Notes: generated by a model not told the origin, from the sequence alone. A stretch of DNA of 64,000 bases from Tubiluchus corallicola (GCA_030141605.1 JAQGDQ010000822.1:1-64000); one strand, 5' to 3'. Shown: positions 10,716-24,968, numbered from the stretch's first letter. Made by a program: numbers and translations.

Positions 10716-11178
10716 CAGTGGTGGCTCGCAGTTAAAATTAGTGGGGGTGCTACTTCAGAAAATTTCTGCCATTGTTTTAATACTGTGTGACACAAAGCAA
10801 ACATAATTAGGTAATTTTAATGTTGTATTTTATAACTGTAATTTTTAACAAACAAACATATGAAAGTTTATACATAGACTTTAGACTTTCCTAAACAAAA
10901 ATGATGTTTTGCCTAAATTGTCGCACTTCAAGCTTGACAACACACTGCATGAGCAACAGTACTCTTTCTACCCAAAGTGTAGGATCTCATCTCAGACACG
11001 TATACATGGCAGCATGCGCACAACATCCGAACACTACATTGCAGGAGCTCTGAGCTCACTGTGAAGCAAACAGTACTACCCTCGTGTGCTCTGGTTCCGT
11101 ACAAATATAACAAAAGAACTAAAGAAAATCATATTGAATATTATCGATAATATTGAGTGAAAATAGGAGCCGCCACTG
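10716..11178. mobile_element. hAT-type MITE in a SPDEF intron, 8-bp TSD
   Basis: TIRs cagtggtggctc / gagccgccactg; TSD caggtaag on both sides; inverted homologous copy at 20523-21030. Confidence 0.88.
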
Positions 11179-11227
11179 CAGGTAAGGTGGAAAACAAATT
11201 CATTCAAGTGAAAAATAATTTTCTTAC

Positions 11228-11425
11228 CACTTTTCCAGATGTCCAATTCGGCAAACAGCACCAGTCCACAGCCAGGAGCGTACTGCTTGAACTGATCCTC
11301 TGTCAATGAACACAGAGTAGCACCATTCATGTAAAAGTTTTCTATTTGTATCATTGGCAGACCATAATGCTGTGCTGTCCACTGCAGCCACTTGCTCACA
11401 TCGGATACTGTCCAAGAATATGGAT
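11228..11425 (-). CDS. SPDEF: SPDEF exon (Pointed/SAM domain)
   Basis: DPYSWTVSDVSKWLQWTAQHYGLP...MNGATLCSLTEDQFKQYAPGCGLVLFAELDIWKS; acceptor tatttcag, donor gtaaga; 198 bp, phase 1-1. Confidence 0.92.
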
Positions 11426-11686
11426 CTGAAATAATACGAAATTCAACTAAGTTGTACAAAAATTAGAAAAAATGTTTTTGTGTGCACGGATTTGATTATT
11501 GAACTTACTCGAAGAATTGAAATTTATTTTTTCTCCAATTTACAAATGTACAGAGCAAATTCCAGTCTACAAAGGTGCAATAGTTGAACAGTATGCAGGT
11601 AAATAGGGCCTAATTGCTGACCGGATAGCCAGCCGACCAGCGAGCGAAGAAAAAATAATGATACTATACTTAAAAATTAAACATAC

Positions 11687-11999
11687 CAGGTGACACTGCC
11701 AAAATATCGCAAGCGATGTCAATGTCCTTCACGGCAGCGTTCATGGCAAGGCAACTAACTTCCTCTAACTTGTCCTTCCCTAATGTACCTTCCAGGTTCA
11801 TGCTCTTTTTTCTTGGCTGCAATTCTTCAAATATAGGAGCTTCCTGCATATTTGTCAACTCGTCCAGTTGTAAAATGTCATCCAAGTCTGGAACAAAAGC
11901 ATCCTTCTCTTCTCTTAGTGGCGAAGGAATTACCGGAGAAATTGGTAAGTTCACGTTGAAATCCGTGTTCTCGTTGTACGTATAAGTGTATGGTATCAG
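11687..11999 (-). CDS. SPDEF: SPDEF exon (N-terminal region and start of the Pointed domain)
   Basis: LIPYTY...VKDIDIACDILAVSP; acceptor ttattttctag, donor gtatgt; 313 bp, phase 0-1. Confidence 0.88.
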
Positions 12000-12379
12000 C
12001 TAGAAAATAAAGAAGTTTTAATTAAACAAACTGTAAAATTTTTATAAGTGCACAAACATTCTAGAACTAAAAATCAGATACATAGTTGGAATTGTTCTTC
12101 CAAATTAATGAAGTTTTCCCAAATATTCTATGACATTCGTAATTTTTTTACGTTAGAGCATCATATGTAGAGAACAAAATTATGTGTAAAAACTTTTTAA
12201 AAGCGGAACTAGTAATCCGTACTACATTAGCTAATTTGGATTTATTTCACTTTACTTTAGCATGTAAATCTATATCAGCAGACTAATCAACTTAGTTTAG
12301 AATTTTATACATCATAATGACTAGAAGACAGAATACTATTTTAACAAAGTTGTCGAAAGTAAAAGCTTTTTTTATTTAC

Positions 12380-12412
12380 CTCATAAATATTTTCTTCCGT
12401 TTCCAAAATCAT
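12380..12412 (-). CDS. SPDEF: SPDEF first coding exon (MILETEENIYE); joined CDS 1017 nt, 338 aa
   Basis: aaaATG at 12412; phase-0 donor GAG|gtaaat. The exon probably extends as 5' UTR to the acceptor tttttgcag at 12592. Confidence 0.72.
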
Positions 12413-13370
12413 TTTCGGTGTTTTGAGTTTCACAAGAATATTAAAACCCTCGACGTCCCAACGTGCCCTCTTCTAAATGAATAACAGTTGCACTGTCTAC
12501 AAGACTTTATGCGGCAGCTTGCGTGCTTTAGTCACGTGACCGTCTACTATGGCTGTTTTCATGCGTAGTGCTGACGTCACTGATACGTCACCTGCAAAAA
12601 TAAACAGCATAGTATTAGACCTTTGAGTGGCATAGCAGTAGGAAATTTGTGAATATGCTAGTATTTAGTGAACAAATTGAAAGCAAATTACGCGAATAAT
12701 AACGTAAGACATGTTCTGTGTTGTGTCCATTGTAATGACTTTGTGTAGCTTTCGATTTTTCAATCAGAAATGCAGTATCATGTTTGAATTTGTCGTCAGC
12801 TGAATGTTATGCGTAGGTGGTACCGAGCAAGCCTCCACCTACCGCAACCACGTACAATACGTAACCCATATTTGGTAGAACAAACCACTAATACATTGAA
12901 AATTGGTTATTATTGTTAAGGATAAAGCCGCTTTATCAAAGTAAAATCTTCTCAGATTTTAAAAGGTAGCCTGAGATCTAAATTTTATGTAAAAAATACG
13001 TAGAAATCTTGCGATGGCAAAAATTTCTGTTAGCAGTCGTTACCGATTATCGTGACAGTTTAGCGTTCATTTTAAATAGAAACTGATACAATTATTCAAA
13101 CGCCAGAATAATATTAGTGTAGAATAATATTAGTATTATTTCAAAACGGTTAATGCTATATTTATAGACACTATAGACAACTTTAGTAAAATTTAGTACT
13201 TGTTCTTGTGCAAGTTAACGATGAAGTCAAACATTTTGTTATAATTGCATGTTTACGCTTTAGTGTAAACATCTTGTAATGTAATGTAACGACCTTGGCA
13301 TCGTTATGTAATCACTAATCAGCTATATTCGATAATGTAAACATACGTAATTTAAAAAAATGGTACTTAC

Positions 13371-13760
13371 AGAAAATCGTAAATCCACTATCAAAGTTTC
13401 AATTAAACAAGCTAATAAAACAAACGATTTCCTTTCGTTTTACAAGCACTTGCGATTTTATTTTCAAAGTTTGGATACAGTGATCTCATTGCTCGTCAAC
13501 CTAGTTGTTATTATGTTGTTCGGGGCACCGCACGCTTGCAATTTATACAACTGATTCATCGTTTCCAAGAAGTGTTTACTATTGAGCTGCGTGCGCATGC
13601 GCGCAAGTTTTCCGCGAAGGCTTGAGCAGCCTAGACAGCAACACAAACATGACTGTAGTGTACAGCGTGAGTTCACGTTTAATTGATATCGGATCACGCG
13701 ACATGCCATTCATAGCAGATTACGTAACGTCTCGTAGAATTCATAAACAGACCGCGCGCA
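13371..13760 (-). promoter_or_regulatory. Candidate SPDEF non-coding first exon and promoter
   Basis: Donor gtaagtac at 13370; CpG-rich patch with an NRF1-like gtgcgcatgcgc motif near 13592. Inference only. Confidence 0.4.
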
Positions 13761-14269
13761 TACGAAGTTTTGCAAAACATTATTATAGGACGGGTAATAG
13801 AAAATTAGAAATTGTGCCAATGCAAATAATAGTGCCTACGCAATCTCTGCGAAGTAAAACTCAGTCTATATGTTATTGGCAATTTGCCAAATTTTTTGTT
13901 TATGACATTATTTGTGAGCAAATAAAAGACCTAAAAATAATAAAATAATATGACATTAATTTCGAAATACCTGCTAATTTTCACAACACGGCTAATCTTT
14001 AATGGCATGACTGAATGTTAAAAAATTCTATCGAATAAACAGAAGACACCGTGCAGCTTCAGCCAACAATGGGGAGGGGGTAGGGGGGGTAGGTAATGGA
14101 AATGGTTGTGACAAGACTGGAACCTATGTAAAGATGAAACGCTGAACAGGCAGAAGTGTCTTTAAGTCGTGTTCAGATTTGTATAAAACCTAGCTAGCCT
14201 TAATGAGACATACATTGTGTGCCAGATGAAACATTGTGTAGCAGATAGGGCGAGTGATTATTGTCCGTT

Positions 14270-14845
<576 letters not shown>

Positions 14846-15351
14846 CCCTTATCGTAAATAAAGAACGTTGCCTGCCTAGGAATCGGCAGTGATAGCAGTA
14901 GCAATGATATCCTATAGCCAATCACAAATTACTTTCATTGGTTTTTTTATTATCTGAAATTCACGGGTTCAAATCCAGGTTTAATCCATTTTTTTCATTT
15001 CCTTCCTTCCATAAAGTTCTGAACGTTTAATTACCCTCTGCACGCCAAGTATCGTTAAGTTAAACCGGGGAATTTCCCTCGCGTTATCACAGAAATTCAC
15101 TGGATGCTGTCTTCGAGGCGGTGTTTTTGGAGAGAAAATTAATGACAAGGGAAAAACCCACAGATGCAGAACTTGTAGTTGAAGTGTTCATTTGCACCAT
15201 CTGTCGTTTCTCGGAATCACAGGCCTGGCTGATCATGTAACATACCGCACTCCCACGGAGAGTATTTTTCTCCATGTGGCAACGATGATATTTGCACGTT
15301 TCTGGCGGGAAATCAGAGCGTATTGACGAGCTCGTCCATCAGCGCATCTTA

Positions 15352-15880
15352 CTGGGTACCTGAAGTAAATTTGAGAAATATCGTCTTAAGAAGTTATATT
15401 ACTTTATAGCAATTTTACGTGTATATCTTACTCGCACCGAAAGGAATTTTAGTTTGTTTTCATTTTAAATCTCCTGCAATACTGTACCGATGTCGCCATT
15501 ACATGACGTCATGTACCAAACGTAAATCAGGGGAAGAGAGGGAATTGTTAAATTATGTCCCAAAAAACTTTCCATGCAAAGTTATATTACTTAGCATTTC
15601 GCTTACCAAATGGAAAGACTTATGTAACTTGAAAAGAAAATTGTTAACTAATTAAAATGCTTTCACCAATTGGTAGAATGTCGCTGACTCACCCTCCAGA
15701 GTGCAGCACTCACTAACCAAAAACGTATTTTTAATCTTATTAACAGGATACAGTAATTTTAAATTTTGCTTAGTTAGTGACCTGTGCGTTACGAATGCTC
15801 TGATTATTTTTTCAAACTTTACACAATGTTGTTTTAACTTATTTCAAATGATTTATCGACAAAACGGCTGCGTATCCTGA
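15352..15880 (+). mobile_element. Partial Kolobok-like family A copy
   Basis: Homologous to the internal part of 30171-30878. Confidence 0.8.
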
Positions 15881-16123
15881 ATTTTATTTCGACGGACCTC
15901 ATTTTAGAGCACTTATTTTAACTAGAATTTGGTGAAAACTCATCTTAGTAAAAACTGTTTTTAAAAGCGACATAAAACCTTGTAAAGGAGTAAAATTGAA
16001 CGTGTCTCTTGTTTATTCGCCATGACGAAATCATGATAAGTTTTTATAGTTTTTATTAAAATGTTTGTAGCTTAAACACGCATGAAGCGAAATAAACTGA
16101 AAACGTTATTATTATCTCCCAGT

Positions 16124-16530
16124 TAGGGGTGAGCATCAGACGTTCCAGTTCGAACGTTCGAATCGAATTCGAAGTTTCGAATTCGATCCGAACGAGTTTT
16201 TTTCGTTCGAATTCGATTGGAACGATTCGAGTAATTCAGCAGTTCAGCCACATACGTTCTTTATCATTAAAACGTTTGAAACATCATGCAGTTAGCGCAA
16301 TTTCGCTGCAGTTTCTGTGCAAACTTTTCAACAAACTAATAGTGGTTTTATTGCAGAACAAAATCAAGTAATACGCATGATCCGTTGTAAGACCAGTTTT
16401 TACTTATGGTTCGAAAACTTGTTCGAAATTTTTCAAACTCAATTCGAATTCGATTCGGATTCGAAATGCCGAAATTCGGTTCGATTCCAATTCGAAAGTC
16501 GCAAATTCAGGTAAAGAATGCTCACTGTAC
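16124..16530. mobile_element. MITE with TTCGAA-rich subterminal repeats
   Basis: taggggtgagcat ... atgctcactgta ends; many ttcga motifs near both ends. Confidence 0.55.
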
Positions 16531-16844
16531 ACCGTGTTTGCCACTTCCGACACCACAACCGACAAACCTAGGTTACACCATAAAGTTCACAAACACACAC
16601 TCGCCTACGCAAACATGAAATTTTATGTGAGCGGCGGTCACGTTTTACGGTGTAGCGTAAGTCAATATTTTGTTCACCGTAAGTATATCAGTGACGTCGC
16701 AGTCTGTTTTCTTACGGGGTGGGTTAACGTTCTTTAAATTATTGATTTCAGTCAATAGATCAACACTGACAAAACAAAGATATAGGCAATTTGCAGGTGG
16801 GTGGTTATAAAGGGGCAGCAGTTACCATGGTGACAGAGGAAGAT

Positions 16845-17048
16845 ATTTCAATAATGCTTTAAATAATACTAAGACTATGATGGTAAAGTTCCAGCATTTA
16901 TTGCACAGTGCACAGGTATATGCAGTCATACAGTAACTTTGTGTATTTCGTTTTAGTTACTGTATGACTGCATATACTTGTGCACTGTGCAATAAATACT
17001 GGAATTTTACCATCATGGTCTTAGTATTATTTAAAGCATTATTGAAAT
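16845..17048. repeat. ~200-bp palindrome (arms ~93 bp, short loop)
   Basis: atttcaataatgctttaaataatactaagac...cagtaact / agttactg...gtcttagtattatttaaagcattattgaaat; one arm recurs at 44569-44650. Confidence 0.9.
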
Positions 17049-17134
17049 TCTCTACCACCAAGAACCTGTTTGAAGATTATTTCATGTCCAGAACTTCAGA
17101 CAGACTGAAACGATTGTCAGATTTCCAAAGTCAC

Positions 17135-17602
17135 CACCCACAGTACCATATGCATTGCACCCTTCCACCGGTACCACTACCATATGCATTGCACCCTCCC
17201 ACCGGTACCACAGTACCATATGCATTGCACCCTTCCACCGGTACCACAGTACCATATGCATTGCACCCTCCCACCAGTACCGCAGTACCATATGCATTGC
17301 ACCCTCCCACCGGTACCACAGTACCATATGCATTGCACCCTTCCACCGGTACCACAGTACCATATGCATTGCACCCTTCCACCGGTACCACAGTACCATA
17401 TGCATTGCACCCTTCCACCGGTACCACAGTACCATATGCATTGCACCCTCCCACCGGTACCACAGTACCATATGCATTGCACCCTTCCACCGGTACCACA
17501 GTACCATATGCATTGCACCCTTGCACCGGTACCACAGTACCATATGCATTGCACCCTCCCACCGGTACCACAGTACCATATGCATTGCACCCTCTCACCG
17601 GT
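17135..17602. repeat. 39-bp minisatellite, ~12 copies
   Basis: Unit ccaccggtaccacagtaccatatgcattgcaccct(t/c); 13-aa periodic ORFs. Confidence 0.96.
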
Positions 17603-17714
17603 AGTAACTTTTTGTTCGTAATATTTCCTTTACACCGTTCGCTTGAAAATCTCACAAATAATAACGATAATGCTTAAACTCAGTTAAAGGAATCTTTATC
17701 GCCAACAGGTACAC

Positions 17715-17899
17715 CAACAACAACAGTGGTGGCAGCACATGACGACAACAAGAACAGTGACAACAACAGTGGTGGCAGCACATGACGACAGCAAGAACAG
17801 CGACAACAACAGTGGTGGCAGCACATGACGACAACAAGAACAGCGACAACAACAGTGGTGGCAGCACATGACGACAACAAGAACAGTGACAACAACAGT
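17715..17899. repeat. 43-bp tandem repeat, ~4 copies
   Basis: caacagtggtggcagcacatgacgacaacaagaacagtgacaa at 17721, 17764, 17807. Confidence 0.92.
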
Positions 17900-18039
17900 A
17901 GGACTATCATTGTCAAAAATGTGAAACAGTTTGCAAAAATTGCTGAATATAATTTATTAATAATTATGTACATGTGAATGTTGTACCCTTGATGTCATTG
18001 TCATCTTTATCAGTGTTGTCATAGGTCATCATCATCGCT

Positions 18040-19730
18040 GTCATAATCACGTTGCCGTAACCAACGATGACGATGGTGTAGGCTTGTATGCAAGAAGCTG
18101 ATTTCTGCCAACTTCCAAACGTCTCGCCGTTGTCACAGTGGTGTCTAATGTGTCTATGGAGTACCTCAAGTTGACATGGATGCGATTGGGGCAGCTGCCA
18201 CATGGAATGCAATGGGACATAAGGACTCTAGCTATTCTCCTATGGCACCTAACTTCGCTGTAGCCTTTCACCTCTACTCTCGCCCCATGCCACTAGGATT
18301 CATTCTCTGAAAGAGCTTCTCAGCAAATGAAGTTGATGGAACAACAGAAGAAAGTGTTCTCAAACTGATCTCAGTAGTGGCGCTTGAGGATTGGCAACAG
18401 ATGCTAGCTCTCCGAAGATGAGTTGCTGATGTGGACATCAGTTTCGTATGTCCGGTCCAATGTTTTGCTTGGACGAGGGCAGCATGAATCAAGATCTTCT
18501 CATCAATGATAAGAAAAATCATCAAAATTCCTCGCAGCTTTAAGTTTTGAAAATGCTCTCACTTCTTTAAGTCAGTGTCAAAGAGCACCCAGGTGTCTGA
18601 CCCTAAAGCCATGGGGGTAATGGCTTTGATGACCATGACCAAATGGTGAAACCGTGCTTCAGGAGGCCACGTCAAAGGCCTTTCCAAAGGCAGCACGGGT
18701 TGCTTTGATCCGGTTCTGGTTCTTAACATTCTTCTCTACTGTGCCATTACTGGTGATGCCTAAGTATACAACGGTTTCCACACTTTCTGGACGACAATGT
18801 TGCAGATATCAGGACGAGGACACAAACCTGTTTTAAGCTCACTGTAATGGGAAATAGATCTGAGGTGGCATGCTTCCAGGTGCGTCTGCTAGATGCTTCC
18901 AGGTGCGTCTACTATACATCTCATCATGAAGAGCCCAAGTAAGGTATGTCTGAATATCCAAACCATCTCAGGGTGGCCCACATGGCAGATCTTGGCTGTC
19001 AAATGGTTTCTCTGCGTCCCACAAAAAGCAATGATCTCCTCTGCTCTCAGCACCTCTTCTGTAAGAGACGTGTACAGACATGATGGTTAGCCCTAAAAAG
19101 AGGCAAAAGTCATATTGGACACTGATAGGACTTCTTCAACAGTGACTATCAAACGATTTAGCAGAATTTTCCCAGACTGTTGAGAAGTGATATCATACGG
19201 TAATTGCTGCATGTATGGTACCTTTTTTTAAAAATGTTTACCATGATTGCATTTTTGAAGACGTTGGGTACTGTCCAATATAAGATGAATCAGTCTAGTC
19301 ACACTACATCACAGATTAGGAGTTTTAGGGAGTTGTTATCTGGCTCTGGAACCTTCCATGCTTTCATACATTTGATGGCCTTCTCAAAGTTATGGTTGGC
19401 ATGGGGAGTGCCATGTTTCATGCTAGAGGAACATTTCAGAGCAGTCTTCAACAGTAGTGACTTCCTGATTCCGGAAATTGTTGAGAAGGCTCCTTCTGTC
19501 ATGATCGTTTGTAAAAGTGATGTACTTATTAGCCAATTTAGCAGTGGGGCTACAGATCTCCTTAGCTGCAGAGTAGATCTTCTTGATGTATTCAAAGTCC
19601 TGGATTTTTTTTTGTTTTGTCTTGCCACTTACAGTTACTTAGCTCTCTTGGTCTGCATTGTCACAATTTCTTCTCCGCTTGATCACATTTGTAATTCAGT
19701 GTCCAAAAGTTGAATCGTTGTTAAATAACA
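18040..19730 (-). mobile_element. Decayed RTE-clade LINE
   Basis: Broken frames with KAIKCMKAWKVPEPD (KAPGPD-like) and VETVVYLG...NRIKATRAAFGK RTE motifs; many stops. Confidence 0.7.
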
Positions 19731-20522
19731 TAACATATGTGTAACAGCTGTTCAGTTGCAAGTCCATTGGGTGCAATATCCCTTTTCCCACAGAGCTGGT
19801 CTTATGTCTGCGCCCATTGGTTGTTACAGAGACTGGTTGCTAGGTAACGAAGTTGTTAGGATACTGGTTGCTAGGTGACAACGTTGCTAGGAGACTGGTT
19901 GTTAGGTAACGAGTTTGCTGAGAAAATTCTGTCACAGCAGAGCAACAAACATTCCTGCTGGTTGCTGTGGTAATAGGTTGCTAGGGCTCCGACCCGTTAG
20001 TTATGTCATCTGATTTTTCTTTTACACTATACAACGATTTGCACATTGGTGATTTATTACAAGACATTTTACTGTTTAAATTATTCAATTAAATTTACAT
20101 TAATAACGTGATAATTGTTAGATTAAAATTAATTCCACAATTTTAATAATTTCAAGAAATAAATAAATCTGAATTCGATTGCTTTAGAATAGAACAGAAA
20201 TTAGTATTTTTTATTTGGTTGCATGAACAATGTTGTAAAACAATGTTATTTCCATTATGGTCCAAGTTAGTGGAAAATACTAGCTTAAAAAACATTCGAT
20301 CCGCTTCAACTAGTGAGTTAAGACTTTCAATTTTTTGTCCTAGAATTCAACACCCAGCAGTACGAGGTTGTCGACATTCACACAGAATCATAATTTGCAT
20401 GAATGACTGCAGAACTATTATTAAAAAGTGTGCCACTAAGGCCGCTGGAATGATTGTACCAGTTACAGCGTAGAAGATGCGTGATTGTTTACCAAGGAAA
20501 GTGAGAAACGTGTTCACGTGAT

Positions 20523-21030
20523 CAGTAGCGGCTCGTGTATAGGTACTGTGTAACTGCAGCACCCCTTATTTTCACTCAATATTATCGATAATATTCAATA
20601 TAATAAGTCCTTTTTCTTTAGTTCTTTCTTTATATTTGTACGGAACCAGAGCACATGAGGGTAGTACTGTTTGCTTCACAATGCGCAATGTGTTCAGAGA
20701 TAACATGGTGTACGCTGCACTGCTAGCGTCTGATGCTAGGTAGAGAAAGCACTGTCGCTCACGGAGTATGTGTTGTCAGTTGTCGCGTGCTTAAAAACCG
20801 TGTACCAGCATATTCTTGAACTGTGACAATTTAGGCTATTCATAAGCAAGTTATATTTTTTGTTTAGGCTTTATCAAGTTTATGTGTAAAATATTCGTAA
20901 GTTTGTTTGTTTAAAGTTACAACATTAAAATTACATATGTTTGTTTGTTTCGTTTTACACAGTATTAAAACAATGGCTAAACATTTTCTGAAGCAGCACC
21001 CCCAGTAATTTTAACGACGAGCCGCCACTG
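20523..21030. mobile_element. hAT-type MITE, same family as 10716-11178, opposite orientation
   Basis: cagtagcggctcg / cgagccgccactg; degenerate TSD cacgtgat/caagtaat. Confidence 0.82.
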
Positions 21031-22622
21031 CAAGTAATAAAGTACACTTATTCAGGATTTAAGTAGAATTTCAGTAATGATAGCTCCTATTTGTCGTATT
21101 TGTAAGTGACATTAGTTTTAAAATTGGCTTAAATTCACAAAGAAGAACACTTAAATATATATCTCGGAGTACGACTTGTTAGCAACGATGCCGTATCTGA
21201 AATTCTCTTATCTGAAATTCTGTTAACTTATACCTCAGGTAAATGTGTACTTTATATTTTTTTCTGAATTGGTTATTGAACCAGTGCACACTTATATAAA
21301 TTACATGATGAAATTGTTTTGTTTTTTAATCAAAAATATAAATAATACTAAGCTCCTATGTTACATTACCATATCTATTTATTTACCCTTTTGTGTTGTT
21401 TTTGTTACTGTATGCATCAGTGGTTTGCATTTTTTGCATAATATTAAATATTTTGCAACATATAATTTTGATTTGCATGTAAATGGAAATGATGATTTTT
21501 CGATTTTTATAATTATAATATTAGCTTAACATTATTGCATTTATATTATGTTACGATTTTGCATGAATTTTTGTTTTACGTACTTTTAATACCTTCATAA
21601 AATGCATGTTTTCTTGTTATTGAGTATACCGAGTTATTACTAAAATTCCTTAAATTCGAGTTACATGCAAATTATGTTATATTTAGCATGCTAGTACAAT
21701 TCATTTCTTTATTATTTCTTTTTTTGCTCATTTAGAATGTGAAATTTCGTTTTTGGCGTTTTTCTTTTATGTTATATAGATGTAAACAAGTGCATAATTC
21801 AAGATTTCATTATTTTTGATTAGTTATCATCTGCACTGCATGAGGAATATTTATAACAGAACTGAGTTGGGGTGGCTGATACGATAACGCATGTTCTTCG
21901 CCACCCCTTCCCATTTGATTGGCTATTATAATTATGCTACTAAGCTTTAATCCATGTTGTATGTGGGAAAAACAATAAATGATTTGATTTGTATCATATA
22001 GCGAAAAGTAGCTCCTTGTTCTAACGGAGTGCATTTTACAAAGTTGTTTCTGTTTACATGATTTATGAAGAAAACGACGAGACGTTTATCTCAAGTCTAA
22101 TCTATTTTGTCCTTCGCTCTGCTCACTCATGCAAGACGGTACCAGCCACCGACAATTTTACTCTCACAAACATCAACTTTAGCTGAGAATTTACCGAGAA
22201 ATTCGCCTACAAGAAAGCTGCATAAGAGGCGTTGAGTCGTGACTCGTTTTTTTTCTAATGTAGCTGCTGTTATTTGAAAGGTCATCTGTCGAGCTTATTC
22301 GTTTCTTAAGATAGGAAATAAGGGTCAATTTATGAGCCCGTTTCACTTTTATTTTGGGTGTCAAAAATTTTTAAACGTGCACGAAGCGACACGATACACT
22401 TCAATATATAAAAGCGGCATACCCGATTTGCAAATCATTTAGCAAGAGTAACATTTTGATGTACATGACGATTGTTTATACAATTTAATGAATAGGCGCA
22501 TACTGCAAAATTTACGCGATGTAATTTAATCAATTCCTATGAGAATTTCCTGGTGGAGGAAAATTAAACTAAATTAAGGTCGAATTGAAACCACACAACC
22601 ATTAATGTTAAAATCATTACCT

Positions 22623-22680
22623 ATACATACATATACATACACATACATATACATACATATACATATACATATGCATATAC

Positions 22681-22741
<61 letters not shown>

Positions 22742-22749
22742 TATATATA
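22623..22749. repeat. (CATA)/(CATACA) microsatellite
   Basis: Directly visible. Confidence 0.95.
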
Positions 22750-22899
22750 GTTTACTGACAAATTCAGCATTTTCTACAGCCAAGTAATGTAGCAAAAGCA
22801 TAACATATAAAACAATTTGTGATATTAATTACAATCGTGAATATTTACAGTTGAAAATTAAGTTGAATATTAAGTTGAAAATTATTTAAAGATTATTAT

Positions 22900-23181
22900 A
22901 TCCACAACTCTATCAATTTTATCACTTTTAGTGAGCTGTGTCATAAAAGAGTTGATATGTTAAACATAGTCAGCATATTTAGTTCTAGAACATTCTAAGA
23001 CCGCATGATTAACAGTTTGAACAACATTCAAATCACAAAATTGACATATTCTATTTTCCCGTCTGGTCCTGTTCCACCTAACTAACTCTTCAACTAACCT
23101 GATCCAACCAACACTTAATGAAAGTAACCAAGACTTTGTTAAATTTATGATCATTTGGTTGCCTTTGAAACTGTACTGCAT
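22900..23181 (-). mobile_element. LINE C-terminal zinc-finger fragment
   Basis: RRENRICQFCDLNVVQTVNHAVLEC. Confidence 0.65.
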
Positions 23182-23564
23182 TGTAATTTTCTCTGGTTAC
23201 CATTTTTCTTATTTACTTTCATCTGTCAGCTTAATTTGGTTCACTAAATACGGTCGGCTGCAGCCCGAAGCGTATTTTTTTCTTTTCTGAGTTATAGGTT
23301 ACACGCACTCTTAGTTACGAGTTGTGTGCTAGCGCCATCTCTGTTTGAGTGGAGCATTTAACGCGCGATTTTTGTATGGATAGATTTTTTTACTTTTTAT
23401 TTTGATTCAGCACACATAGTAACACATTTACAACGCACACTGAAAAATTATTGATAAAACAGATTAAAATACTTAGTTAAAATCTAAAACATATATTAAA
23501 AATACCTGCCTAAAAATTTACAACTTAAAATCACCCCATAATGTCTTTCACCAGTTTTTAAAAT

Positions 23565-23775
23565 CTTACAGTAGCACTGTACTTCAATTTTCGCTTTCTT
23601 AAGCAAATACGCTGGTGGAAATACGACTAACATATTTTTGCTGTTGAAAATTATGTTAGTTTGTGATGTCATCAATAGTTGAGCTCGCCTGCTGTTAATT
23701 GACTTTTTAATCTATCATTTAATTATCAGAAACACCTTTGCAGTGTTAATTGTGTTAAAATGTGTACATTTTATC
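23565..23775. mobile_element. Partial Kolobok-like family B copy
   Basis: Shares cagtagcactgtacttcaattttc...gctgttgaaaattatgttagtttg with 35070-35160 and (inverted) 38820-39000. Confidence 0.7.
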
Positions 23776-24129
23776 AGACTAGAAAATTGGGCTGTATATG
23801 GAAAAATATGCTTTCTTGCTTTAAAAATAACTGTTACACGTTGTTCATGTTTTGTAAAGTGTGTTCAGATAAAATAAAACGTTATGTTATAAAATGTGCA
23901 AGTAATGTAATTTAAATAGGTTTGCCGAAAATACGTTTTTATCCCACCGCTTGTATATTGTTGAACATTATTGTGGCAGTGATGCCCTGAAACTTATAAT
24001 AACAAAATGGAACAATACTGGTACCTGCTGTTACTGACAGTATCGGGTATTTTATAACACCCATAATTTTGGATCCACTCTTTGGTTGCTGATTAAGTTA
24101 CAAATCCAGATTCCAGGTATAAGTCAGTA

Positions 24130-24500
24130 TAAACTTTGTAAAAATTTGTAGTAATCAGGAAGGTTGGAAAGAGAATAATCTGTTTCATTATATTAATAAT
24201 GCCTAAAACCATCATGGAATATAAAACAAACTTAATAAAATTGACGTTTTTATTTTTGCAAAAGCAACTTTAATTCCCTGACATATCCTATGTAGTGGCT
24301 AGTATTTCGGTACTGTCAGCAAACTTCAGTCATAATGGTATGTGGCAGTACAGGTACGCTGTCTGGTAAATACAACAATTACAGATCAGGATGTAAACTT
24401 TTATTAGAGCAAGTTGTTCTGTCAGCGGAATTAATTATGATGTTCCTCAAGGTACTATAATAGCCCCGATTCTCTTTCTACTAGTTATCAATGAAAGCCC
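24130..24500 (+). mobile_element. Decayed CR1/L2-type RT fragment
   Basis: VPQGTIIAPILFLLVINE near 24442. Confidence 0.55.
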
Positions 24501-24749
24501 ATCAGAAGCACCTCGTGTGCTTGGAAGAAAGCACCTTGAACATGTCCCGAAATTGCCTTAATCACCTTTAACGCTTGAAGCTGCTATCCTTTTCTTACCA
24601 ATCTGTCTGCCACATACGTGCTTCACCTATTCCTTACCAGTCTTATTATATAGTTCACTTTCGCTCTGACTTGCATTACGAATCTTAGCAGGGAGACATA
24701 CGCTGTCTTTGAGACGTGGGAGTGGTGATACTGATGATCTTTTGTCATC

Positions 24750-24968
24750 ATTGTTGCTGTTGCTGTTGTCGTCGTCGTCGTTGTTGTTGTTGTTGCTGTT
24801 GCTGTTGCTGTTGCTGTTACTGCTGTTGTTGTTGTTGTTGTTCTTGTTGTTGTTGTTGTTGTTGTTGCTGTTACTGCTGCTGTTGTTGTTGTTGTTGTCG
24901 TCGACGTTGTTATCGTTGTTTTTGTTGTTGTTGTTGTTGTCGTTGTCGTCATTGTCGTCGTCGTTGTT
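24750..24968. repeat. (GTT)/(GCT)/(GTC) compound microsatellite
   Basis: Directly visible. Confidence 0.95.

Noticed and set aside
16964-17677. ORFs in all six frames
   Set aside because: 39-bp minisatellite artefact.
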